Source: a phage. Taken from it: a DNA stretch of 64,000 nt. The stretch lies in assembly GCA_024975835.1 (NCBI GenBank), contig GCA_024975835.1_4840.1. One strand, 5' to 3'. The notes beneath the pieces were generated by a model. The model was given only the letters and a program-made list of their open reading frames with translations. It made no database searches and was not told the DNA's origin. Both the position numbers and the translations under genes were made by a program. Below are positions 44,289 through 54,300 of the stretch, in pieces; position 1 is the stretch's first letter, and each line of letters starts with the position of its first letter.

Positions 44289-44352
44289 TTTGTTCATAAA
44301 TTTATTAGTTCAGACTAAATACCCTATATTGGCAAATCCTTTATGGGGTATT
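44289..44352 (+). repeat. direct repeat copy 1 (intergenic promoter/leader cassette)
   Basis: About 64 nt nearly identical to 46949..47012 (one mismatch by eye), containing TTGTTCATAAATTTATTAG and CTAAATACCC. Confidence 0.6.
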
Positions 44353-44355
44353 ATC

Positions 44356-46674
44356 ATGATTTCTCAATTCAATCAACCACGCGGCTCCGCTTCCATAGAA
44401 GTTAACAAACAATCTATCGCTCGAAATTTCGGTGTCAAAGAAGACGAAGTCGTTTATTTCACTGCTGGTATTGATCTCAGTGGATTTAAAGTAATTTATG
44501 ATGAGACCACCCAACGGGCTTATTCTCTCCCTTCCGGTATTGTTTCAGGGACAACTGCAATTAGTCTGGACGAACGAGCTATCCTCACTCATTCCGCTGG
44601 TTCTGTTGATCTAGGGGAACTTGCCGTAGCCAGAGAAGAATATGTAACCTTACCTGGTTCATTTGATACCGGTGTAACCGTCAATGCTAAGAATGAATTG
44701 GTTGTCTTTACCGACGGCAAGTACCGTTGGGATGGGGAGATTCCCAAAATAGTACCTGTCAACACAACCCCTAAAGATACTGGGGGTGTTGGTCTAGGGG
44801 CATGGTTAAGAGTCGGCGATGCATCTTTGCGTTCTGAAGTTTACTCAAATATGGCTTGGGTTTCTCCTGAAATGTACGGTGCACTTGAAACGGAATCTGA
44901 TGCGGATACTCAAGCTGTTATAGATGCGTTTATTACCGCGAAGACAATGGGGCTGGCTGTGAAGCTGTCCAGAATATATAAGTGTGATCAAAACATATCA
45001 GTAGCTAATTTTTACGGAGATATTTTTGGCGTAAGTATGGCCACATGCGGAATAAAATTTGCTGCTGGATATGGTCTTATCATTGATAACTCTGGGACCA
45101 CAGTAGTACGCAAACCTGTAGGTCTTTGTAATTTCACCATTAAAGCCACTGGTAAACGACAAGGCACTGCTCTAGAGTTTCTAGGTACTGGTGGAATAGC
45201 TTATGCACGACAACTTATTGTAAGAGATTTAGATGTATCAAATGATGCTGGAACCCCTACCTCTTTTGATGTAGTATTCAAGTTAAACCGTGCAGGTCAA
45301 TGTGTATTTGATGGGGTGAATGTCGCTGGCGGTGGCACAAGCGACCCCAACGCTCGCATGGGCAAAATATTCGACCTGTACTCAACAAAGAATATCAATG
45401 TTGTCAACGGTTCTTATCAGAACTTCGACACCTTCATGTACGCGCATGACGATACCGAAGGTGTTGTGGTTTTCGGTAACCACATCATCGCAGGTCGTCG
45501 TGGTGTTGTCTCAGAAAACAATGTTGGCAACTTGTTCCAGGTAACGAACAACCACTTCAACACATCGTTGAGTGCTGTAGAGTTGGGCGATCTGTCTAAC
45601 AACGGTGGGAACCATAGCATAATCACCGACAACTTCTGTATGGTATGGAATGGGATTCCTGAAGATGATACTACGCCATATATCGGGTTCAAGTCCTGTG
45701 CCATGTACGGAACCTATAGTGATAATGAGGTGCTTCTGTCTGGTTTCACTAAAGACGTTACTCACACCTTGTTTACTTCTAATGCCACAGGGACCAGAAC
45801 GGCACAATACAATATAGTAAGCAACCCAAGAGTTAATAATTGTACCAGAGGCATTCATATGCTGGCTGGCACCCAATCGAACCATGTGAGCAACGTCCAG
45901 CGCGTAGGCGTAACACTGGCAAATGCCATCATAGATGAAGGGGCAAACAACAGGTCATGGATGTTTGATGTAGATAATAATGCATTTATGACCAGAAACA
46001 TAAAATTGTGCACTCCAGGTTCAGCCGTTGCGCAGCAAATTCGTTTTTACTCCGCTACTGATGCAAATACACCAAGCGCCATTCTCCGAGTATCTGGAGG
46101 CGTTGCCGGTGTTGGCGGGGATGGGACGGCAGAGCTTACTGCTGGTACTACCGTCTTTAAAAACATTAGACCGTCAGCTGCAAACACTTATAGCTGCGGA
46201 TCTAGCGGTGCACCGTGGTCTGGCGGGTTCACACAAACTGCATTCACCGTGACATCTGATGCTGATTACAAATCAGATCCACTGCTGATGACTGATGATA
46301 TTCTTGATGCAGCAGAAGAGGTACAACTTGTCCAGTATCAATATCTCGACAGGATTGAAGAAAAAGGAGCTGACGGTGCCCGCTGGCACTTCGGAGCCAT
46401 TGCACAACGGTATGTAGAGGCATTTGAAAGACACGGGCTTGATGCTCATCGCTTTGGGTTCATCTGTTATGATGAATGGGGTGATGCTCCTGCTGTCATA
46501 GATGAAGATACTGGCGAAGTGATCACGCCAGCTATTGAGGCAGGATCAAGATACGGCATTCGTTATGAAGAAATGCTGGTAATGGAAGCAGCGCTGCAAC
46601 GCAGAAACTATGCGCGGCTACTTGATAAATACGAAACACTTGAGGCTCGTATTAGCTCATTAGAGAATAAATAA
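44356..46674 (+). CDS. tailspike protein with C-terminal chaperone-like domain
   Basis: 772 aa from ATG 44356 (GGGG site); N-terminal module shared with the other tailspikes; C-terminal GARWHFG...YGIRYEE region shared with the first tailspike. Confidence 0.7.
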   Translation: MISQFNQPRGSASIEVNKQSIARNFGVKEDEVVYFTAGIDLSGFKVIYDETTQRAYSLPSGIVSGTTAISLDERAILTHSAGSVDLGELAVAREEYVTLPGSFDTGVTVNAKNELVVFTDGKYRWDGEIPKIVPVNTTPKDTGGVGLGAWLRVGDASLRSEVYSNMAWVSPEMYGALETESDADTQAVIDAFITAKTMGLAVKLSRIYKCDQNISVANFYGDIFGVSMATCGIKFAAGYGLIIDNSGTTVVRKPVGLCNFTIKATGKRQGTALEFLGTGGIAYARQLIVRDLDVSNDAGTPTSFDVVFKLNRAGQCVFDGVNVAGGGTSDPNARMGKIFDLYSTKNINVVNGSYQNFDTFMYAHDDTEGVVVFGNHIIAGRRGVVSENNVGNLFQVTNNHFNTSLSAVELGDLSNNGGNHSIITDNFCMVWNGIPEDDTTPYIGFKSCAMYGTYSDNEVLLSGFTKDVTHTLFTSNATGTRTAQYNIVSNPRVNNCTRGIHMLAGTQSNHVSNVQRVGVTLANAIIDEGANNRSWMFDVDNNAFMTRNIKLCTPGSAVAQQIRFYSATDANTPSAILRVSGGVAGVGGDGTAELTAGTTVFKNIRPSAANTYSCGSSGAPWSGGFTQTAFTVTSDADYKSDPLLMTDDILDAAEEVQLVQYQYLDRIEEKGADGARWHFGAIAQRYVEAFERHGLDAHRFGFICYDEWGDAPAVIDEDTGEVITPAIEAGSRYGIRYEEMLVMEAALQRRNYARLLDKYETLEARISSLENK

Positions 46675-46762
46675 AAATCCTACTCTCCTGAGAGTACTAT
46701 GTATATGCATTCGTTATTTACGGTTGTAAACTATAGTAATTACATTAACAATCCAATAGGTA

Positions 46763-46780
46763 AGCCCCAGCATATGGGCT
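46763..46780 (+). terminator. rho-independent terminator
   Basis: AGCCCCAGCATATGGGCT hairpin followed by TTTTTGTTG. Confidence 0.5.
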
Positions 46781-46914
46781 TTTTGTTGTACCCCAAACAA
46801 TCCTTTATGTAGACTGTTTTAGTCAATTACGACTTAACTAACCTGAGAAAGTCCCTATGGGAAATGAACCAGATAACGTAACTCTAGCGAGAGACTGAGA
46901 AACATTTCGAAAAC

Positions 46915-46937
46915 CAAAACCCCGCTTCGGTGGGGTT
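46915..46937 (+). terminator. rho-independent terminator (second, tandem)
   Basis: AACCCCGCTTCGGTGGGGTT hairpin then TCTCTTATAC; homologous to the 44258 terminator. Confidence 0.45.
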
Positions 46938-46948
46938 TCTCTTATACA

Positions 46949-47012
46949 TTTGTTCATAAATTTATTAGTTCAGACTAAATACCCCATATTGGCAAATCCT
47001 TTATGGGGTATT
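46949..47012 (+). repeat. direct repeat copy 2 (intergenic promoter/leader cassette)
   Basis: Near-identical to 44289..44352; includes the late-promoter-like CTAAATACCCC and GGGGTATTT leader. Confidence 0.6.
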
Positions 47013-47017
47013 TTCAA

Positions 47018-49081
47018 ATGACCAGAAACGTCGAGAGCATCTTTGGAGCGGTCGTAACAGCTCCACACCAGATTCCATACACTTACACAGCAACTGGCGG
47101 AGAGAAGTTTATCTCCCTCCCTTTCTACCCTGTCACTGGAGTAGTCACAGTCAACGGTAGTATGCAAGTTCCGTTAGACAACTTCGAGATAGACGGGAAT
47201 ACGTTAAACCTTGGGCGCGCATTATCCAAAGGCGATGTTGTGTTCTGTCTGTTTGATAAGATTCTTTCGCCAGAAGATTATAAAACCGGGATTCGAATCT
47301 ATAAGTTTCAGGCTGTAGGAGGTGAAACTGAGTTCACTCCTGATTTCACATCTTATGGAGTCCAATCTCTTTATATCGGTGGTGAGTACAAAACACCCGA
47401 AATTGAATATTCCTATAACAGCACGACAGGGAAAGTGTCTTTGCAAACTGCACTGACTGCAGGCGTTTGGGTTGTGGCTGAAATGTCTGCTAAACAACCG
47501 AATATCGGTCCGTTGTTTGACCGAAGTATTCAAGAAATCGCTCGTGCAGCTAACGTAAAAGACTCTGAAGTAATCCTTAGTACAGATAGTACCCAGTTCC
47601 TGAATGACAAGAAGATTGTTTATTCTGTTAGTGAACAGAAGGCTTATGGGTTACCAGTATTACCTACTAACGTATTCATTCAGTCTGTGGATAATGGCAA
47701 GTTAACTTACTCCCCAGGTAACATTGCTGTAGACCTGGTTCCTGTTCCTGGCTCTGCTGAGTCACTTACTGCTTCGGATGTTCCAACTACTTCTGGGGAT
47801 TCCGTACAGGATGGGTTAGATAGTATTGATGTATTTATTGATACTGACTCATATAAGAGAGTTGGGGATATTCGCGGTTATACAACCACGCAGGATGTAA
47901 CTCCTGTTAACGCAATTATTGCAGCAAATCAAGATGTTGGTATTATTCGGCTACCTAAGGGTAACTGGACTGGTAACTTTGCTCTGCTAAATAAAACTAG
48001 TTTAGATGGCACTTCACTTGCTACTACAACGTTAACTGTTCCAATTAATACAGCAGGTATTAAACCCTCCGGTACTGATGTACGTGGTATTAACATTAGT
48101 AACATTGCTATGCAGGTGGTGGGTGCTGTGTCTGGTGGGGCACCAATTGGTACAGGTATTGGTCTGGATATGACTGGCTGTACTAAGATGGTTAACTGTA
48201 CTATTTCTAATATCTATAGTGATTTCTTTGATATTGGTTTCAAAGCTGGCCCTGCTGATTTCTCTAACGTTTACAATAACATTCGCTGTAATAACAACCG
48301 TATTGGTTTTGATATTTCTAGTAACGGGCAGATTATTGAGAATACCTGGAACAGCCCATATGCTGCTAACTGGACCCAGATTGGTATGAAGATTAGTGGT
48401 GTTGGTGGTCAGGTAATCAATGCACCAAACTTTGGGCATAATGGCACCGCTGGCGCTTACTTCATGCACATTGACACCAACTCCCGTGGAGTGATTATTA
48501 ATGGTGCTAACTTCGAAATGGATGCTGTAGGTGGTAAACTTTCTGCTGGTAGCCAAGCAGTAATTGTAGCTTCTGACTCAGCAGTTACTTTTAATGCCCC
48601 TGTATTCAATAAGGTTGGTGCTGCTGGCCCTAATACCTATCTTTTTCGTATCCGTGGTACATGTGTAGTACATATTAACAATCCGCAGATTTACAATGAT
48701 GATGGGATTGTTGGACACTTACGTATTGAAGATACTGCTACTGTATATCTGAATGACCCTAAAGGCGTTATTACGGTAATTTCTGTGGCAGCAGGTGCTA
48801 AGTTGATTCGTGTACATGAAAAACTGGCTAATGCACCTAGTTATACGGCTGTTCAATCAGTTCAGTCTGGTACAGTTGTAAACGTTGGTTTCTATCCTAC
48901 GTATGCTATAGGTGTACCGGATTTCCATGCCAGCGCACTACCAGCTACATTTAAGTATGCCGTTACCTTTGATACGTATAACTCTACCCATGGAACTATG
49001 GTAGCTAGGGTTTACGATACTACTACCGGGTTGTATGTTACTTCAGTATCTGTTCCCACATTCATTCAAGCATGGCGTTAG
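47018..49081 (+). CDS. tailspike protein (divergent N-terminal module, beta-helix)
   Basis: 687 aa; Gly/Asn/Thr-rich repeats; VKDSEV remnant of the shared module; start at 47018 after the promoter cassette. Confidence 0.65.
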   Translation: MTRNVESIFGAVVTAPHQIPYTYTATGGEKFISLPFYPVTGVVTVNGSMQVPLDNFEIDGNTLNLGRALSKGDVVFCLFDKILSPEDYKTGIRIYKFQAVGGETEFTPDFTSYGVQSLYIGGEYKTPEIEYSYNSTTGKVSLQTALTAGVWVVAEMSAKQPNIGPLFDRSIQEIARAANVKDSEVILSTDSTQFLNDKKIVYSVSEQKAYGLPVLPTNVFIQSVDNGKLTYSPGNIAVDLVPVPGSAESLTASDVPTTSGDSVQDGLDSIDVFIDTDSYKRVGDIRGYTTTQDVTPVNAIIAANQDVGIIRLPKGNWTGNFALLNKTSLDGTSLATTTLTVPINTAGIKPSGTDVRGINISNIAMQVVGAVSGGAPIGTGIGLDMTGCTKMVNCTISNIYSDFFDIGFKAGPADFSNVYNNIRCNNNRIGFDISSNGQIIENTWNSPYAANWTQIGMKISGVGGQVINAPNFGHNGTAGAYFMHIDTNSRGVIINGANFEMDAVGGKLSAGSQAVIVASDSAVTFNAPVFNKVGAAGPNTYLFRIRGTCVVHINNPQIYNDDGIVGHLRIEDTATVYLNDPKGVITVISVAAGAKLIRVHEKLANAPSYTAVQSVQSGTVVNVGFYPTYAIGVPDFHASALPATFKYAVTFDTYNSTHGTMVARVYDTTTGLYVTSVSVPTFIQAWR

Positions 49082-49085
49082 TAAC

Positions 49086-49112
49086 TGCCCCCCCCTTCTC
49101 TCCTGGGAGGGG
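49086..49112 (+). terminator. stem-loop (weak terminator) between tailspike genes
   Basis: CCCCCCT...AGGGGGG hairpin followed by TTTCC. Confidence 0.35.
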
Positions 49113-49140
49113 GGTTTCCTAGAAAAACAAAGAGGTTTAT

Positions 49141-51219
49141 ATGAACGAAATGTTCTCACAAGGTGGTAAGGGTTCAACTGGAATCTTAACCAACAAACAA
49201 GCAGTAGCTCGTCACTTTGGGGTTAAACAATCTGAGGTTGTTTACTTCTCAGTGGGTGCTGTACTAAGCGGTTATAAAGTTATCTATGACAAAGTGTCAC
49301 AGCGTGCTTATTCCTTACCTGCCGACATTGGTTCAGGGGTTACTGCTGTAAGCCTTAGTCCTGCTGGGGTATTAGTTCACTCTGACGGTAATGTTGACTT
49401 GGGTGCACTAGCCGTTACCCGCGAAGAGTATGTAACCCTACCTGGCTCATTTACTACAGGCGTTACTGTTAATAGTAAAAATGAACTTGTTGTGAGTGTT
49501 GGTGTTAAATACCGTTGGGATGGTTCTCTACCTAAAGTAGTTCCTCCTGATTCTACTCCATTAAGCACTGGGGGAGTTGGCCCAGGGGCATGGATAGTAG
49601 AAGGTGTTGCTGGGTTGGAGCAACGTTTGGCTTCCTGGGAAGGTTCATCCATTATTGACTCTGGTAATCTGTCCCTTTACAAAAAGAGTGGTGTATTTGG
49701 TGATGGTGGGGAAGTAACTGATAAGCAACAGGTTATTAAGCATACAGATGGATTTTGGTACAAGTATACTGGAACCCTGCCCGTTAGCTATGGCTCTGCC
49801 CCAGACTCTTCCTGGACTAATGTTGGTAAGTTAACCGGGTTTAATGAACACTCACCTGAGAACTTTGGGGCAATCCCGAACGATGCCAGCTTTGACTGTC
49901 TACCTGCTATAAAATTAGCTATAGCTACAGGCACATTAAACCTGGATGGTAATTCTACCTACCACGTAACTGATGAGGTTATCATACCCTCACATCTACG
50001 TGGGAATTTGAATGGGGCAACAATCAAAGCAATCGGTCCTACCTGGCCTGTATTAAAATCTGTTGTTCGTGTTAGTAAATTTCCTATTGGAACCCCAACC
50101 GTTGATGTAGCTAATACTGAGAACCAGGTACGAGGGCTACGTTTAATTGGTAGTTTGAACATAGACTGTGCAGATATTGCATCGTATGGTTTTTACGCAC
50201 GACTAATGTGTGCAGAATCCGAGATGGGTAGTATCTATTCTTACAATGCTAATAAGTATGGCATTGTAATGTTCGCTTGCTGGTATTTTCAGATGGGCGT
50301 GCTTCATGCAAACAATTGTGCAAGGGGGATGGCTTTAGGTTACTCAACAGAAGGGGAGCAGGGCGATACTTACGTAAACGCAACATACTTCCCACACATT
50401 AGTGCATGGGGTACTGATAAGTCTACGGGGCTAGGCTATGACCCAATCACCGACGATGCAAGTAAGTACACAATAGGTGCTGGTATTATTCTAGGCCGTG
50501 GTTTGTCCACTAGTGTTGGTGTGCTGTGCTCTGAGAATACATCCGGTGCTGGTGTGGTAACAATGGACCCTGCTGCGTGGGATATTGGAGTTATGTACTG
50601 TGAGGGCAACAGTAAAGACTTCACTCAGGAGGGTGAGCCGAAGGTATCATTGTTGTCATCTAAGGCTAACAGCGAGAGTCATACACTTACCATCTCTACA
50701 CTTCACCTATCTGCTGGTTGTGGCATTTTAACCAGAAGTAAACAAGAACGGGTGTTGATCAGAAGTCTTTACCGTTTTGATAATTCAAAAACCTTCCACT
50801 CTTACTGCACAGAAGATACAATAGAGATTGGTAGTAGCAACTACTATGTACTTAATGGTCATAATTACAATGCACCTGCTGCACTTATTAAAGAACCTCT
50901 CAATGTGGATTTTGTGCGATCAGGGCTGACCTTGAGTGAGTGGACACCTACCGTTATTGGTTACTTTCCTGGCAGCACGTCAGAACAACAGCTTTATGTT
51001 AAGCTGCCTGTAAGCCCTAGTGGGCTAGATCTACAGATTGCTAGTGAAGATGGTACAGAATACATCACTGTAACTGGCACAGATTTTAAAGCCTCTTTAA
51101 CCAAGAAAAGGCTGCCCAGTAAGGTGTATGAGATAAAGATTGGGTCTGTCTCAACAGTAGCTGTTACTGATTGCTCCATTTTAATCAGAAGTAAAAAAGG
51201 AGATTGGTACTACTGGTAA
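49141..51219 (+). CDS. tailspike protein
   Basis: 692 aa; AAAGAGG site; N-terminal module VKQSEVVYFSVGAVLSGYKVIYDK...KYRWDG closely matches the first two tailspikes. Confidence 0.65.
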   Translation: MNEMFSQGGKGSTGILTNKQAVARHFGVKQSEVVYFSVGAVLSGYKVIYDKVSQRAYSLPADIGSGVTAVSLSPAGVLVHSDGNVDLGALAVTREEYVTLPGSFTTGVTVNSKNELVVSVGVKYRWDGSLPKVVPPDSTPLSTGGVGPGAWIVEGVAGLEQRLASWEGSSIIDSGNLSLYKKSGVFGDGGEVTDKQQVIKHTDGFWYKYTGTLPVSYGSAPDSSWTNVGKLTGFNEHSPENFGAIPNDASFDCLPAIKLAIATGTLNLDGNSTYHVTDEVIIPSHLRGNLNGATIKAIGPTWPVLKSVVRVSKFPIGTPTVDVANTENQVRGLRLIGSLNIDCADIASYGFYARLMCAESEMGSIYSYNANKYGIVMFACWYFQMGVLHANNCARGMALGYSTEGEQGDTYVNATYFPHISAWGTDKSTGLGYDPITDDASKYTIGAGIILGRGLSTSVGVLCSENTSGAGVVTMDPAAWDIGVMYCEGNSKDFTQEGEPKVSLLSSKANSESHTLTISTLHLSAGCGILTRSKQERVLIRSLYRFDNSKTFHSYCTEDTIEIGSSNYYVLNGHNYNAPAALIKEPLNVDFVRSGLTLSEWTPTVIGYFPGSTSEQQLYVKLPVSPSGLDLQIASEDGTEYITVTGTDFKASLTKKRLPSKVYEIKIGSVSTVAVTDCSILIRSKKGDWYYW

Positions 51220-51278
51220 TAGATAGGAAAAGCCCCCAGAATTGGGGGCTTATTTCTTTCTATTCCTCGGTTGGTTGT

Positions 51279-51292
51279 ATACTAAATATCTC
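51279..51292 (+). promoter_or_regulatory. late-promoter-like motif CTAAATATC
   Basis: TACTAAATATCTC about 35 nt upstream of ATG 51323. Confidence 0.4.
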
Positions 51293-51322
51293 TATAATGG
51301 CACCTATCGATGGAGCATCAAA

Positions 51323-54300
51323 ATGCAAGAAATGAACCTCAACCGCCGCCCATATTGGGATGACTGGAATCCAGAGAAGCGTTTTTCGCGCATCCTATTC
51401 CGTCCGGCACCTATCAAAGTTCAGACGCGTGAACTGAACCAGATGCAGACCATCTTCCAGGATCAACTGGAGAAACTTGGCAACCATCTGTTCAAAGACG
51501 GTTCAATGGTTATCCCCGGCGGCCTAACGATCACCAACACTGCTGTGTCCATGAAGTTCACTCTGGCTGGTGGTAGTGAGTTCACTGATCTGGAAGGTAT
51601 CTCCGAACTCTATGTTCTGGGCAAGGACAACAATGCGAAAGCACGCGTCCTGTCCTTGGAACGTTATCCGGCTGAGCCAGATACAATGTATGCCATCTTA
51701 GAGATGACTGAGAGTGGTAGTTCAGACGGTTTCGAAGCTGGCGACAATCTATACTTCAACACCTATGACGTGAACGATAACTTCATCCGTGTCGGCTATG
51801 GTGTGGCCGATACTGTTGGTGGTTCGATTGTCGCTCGCATGACAAAGGGTGTTTATTTCGTTCGTGGTATGTTCCTGGATGTTGAACCAACCACTTTGAT
51901 CGTAGACAACGCATCGAACTCTACATCTCACCGCATTGGCTTCAAAGTTACAGAAACAATCGTGACTGAAGCAGAAGATGAAAGTCTGTTCTCCAATGCT
52001 CAGGGTACTCCGAACTCTAAAGCCCCTGGTGCGCATCGCCTGCGCGTCGACCTCGTGTTGTCTCGCTACGGTTATGATGAAGAAGTGGCCGACTTCGTTG
52101 AACTGGCGAAGGTGAAAGACGGTCGCATTCAGTCCATGGTCACCCAGTCAACGTACAACATCCTCGAAGACGCCATGGCTCAGCGTACCTATGAGACTAA
52201 TGGTGACTACAACGTCTCTACTCACCAGATCGACCTGCGCGAACATCTGAAACAGAACAACAACGGCGGCGTTTACACTCCGGCTGAAGGTGGTGATGAA
52301 AGCAAATTCGTGGCGGTTATGAAGCCAGGGATATCCTACGTTCGTGGTCGTCGTATCGAAAACCTCGGCGAAGAGCTGGTCATAATTGAAAAAGCCCGTG
52401 ACACTGATATCCTGAACAACAACCCTGTGGCTGTTTCGACTGGCAACTATCTGGTGTCCAAGAACTCCAAAGGGGTTCCGGTTGTCTCCCGCACAATCCG
52501 CTACAAGTTCCTGAACGCATCTAGCGATGTGCAGGCCACCGCCCTGCTGATTTCGGCAGAGCGCTCCGGTACTGAATTCCGTCTGTATATGCGCGACCTG
52601 GTTGTGACTGGAGACATGGGTACGGTGACCAAAGTCGCTTATGAAGAAAGCGGTACAACGATGTTCTCTTGCGAACTGGAGTCCAATCAGTTCAGTCAGA
52701 GTTCGGCGATTGACCTGATCTTCCCTCTTCCTGTATTTGGTGTGAAGACCCTAGCACCTACAGGCACCATCGACATCAACTACACTGTCCTGCGGTCAAA
52801 CAAGATCACGTTGAACGCCGCTGGTGCAGGCTCAATCTCTGCTCCTCTGGGTTACAGCTTCAGCCCTGAGTTTTCACTGTACTCCGCAGCGAAAGCAGAT
52901 GGCACTGCAGCTCAGTTTGATATCTCTTCGGGACTGTCCCTGGCTGGTACTCCGGTTGGTTCAGCACTGCAGATTTCCCTGGGCGCGGGGTACGCCAACC
53001 AGTCTATCAACCTGTTGGCATTGATGGTCCGCACCACAGCGACGATCAAGACCAAGACTGTTACCGAAGTCACCGAGACTGTGACGTTTACTACGGCAGC
53101 CAGCGTACAACTTGGGAACCACGACGGATACAAGCTGGTCAGCGTGAAGAACGCAAATGGTGCTGACGTCACCTCGAACTTCACTCTGGACGGCGGTCAG
53201 CGTGATGCTGCATACTACCTTTCTAACCTCGTATCGTCTACTGGATCCATCTCAGGCGTGTTCACAGTGGTGTACCAGTACTTCGCTCACAGTTCTGGTG
53301 ATTTCTTCACAGCGGACTCCTATTCGTCCATCAACTACCCAGACATCCCGAACTATGTTTCATCCAGTTCTGGTACTGTGTATGGGTTGGCCGACAGCCT
53401 GGACTTCCGTCCTAAGATCACCAACGGAACGTCTGACACGGACATGGTTCGCCCGAACACCGCGATCATCCTAGATGCAGAGTACTATCTGCCTCGTATT
53501 GATGCCGTGTATCTGGCAGACAACGGCGTGTTCAACGTTGCTCGCGGTGTGAGTTCCAACAGCCTGGCTTCCCCTGCGATCCCAGACAACGGCATGCGTC
53601 TGTACGAATTGATGATCCCACCATACACGGCCAACATTGACGACATCCAGATTCGCACTATCGACAACCGCCGCTACACGATGCGCGATATCGGTAAACT
53701 GGAGACCCGTATCTCCAATGTCGAATATTACACCTCACTGTCTCAGCTGGAATCCTCGGCGATGGCGCAACAGGTGTTCGATCCAATTACTGGCAACCCG
53801 CGCTTCAAGAACGGTATCGCAGCAGACCCGTTCAAAGACTTCCGTCTGATCGACGATTTGTCTGCAGACTGGGTGGGTTCAATCGACACTGACAATGGTC
53901 GCCTGCGTCCGTTTGTTCAGCAGAACGCGATTGACCTGACGCCAGTCGGTTGGAACAACGTTCAGGATGGCATGGTTGTATGCAACTACACCCGTGAGAT
54001 CTCTGTCCGCCAGGACTATGCAACCACGACCATCAACGTGAACCCGTATGCGGTGTTCAACTGGGAAGGTTTCCTGAAACTGAACCCAACTACTGATTAC
54101 TGGTTTGAGAACTACTATGTTACCCCACGTGTGATCAACGAAACGATCAACACCCGTGGTGCGATCAAAGAAGGTTCTGTGTATGGCACATGGCGTACTG
54201 TGTCCGTGTCTGAGCGTGTGTGGGAACCGCATGGTGCGGGTGGTGTATGGTGGGGCTACCGCTACCGCACGACTGTGTCTACCCGTGACATTACCACGTA

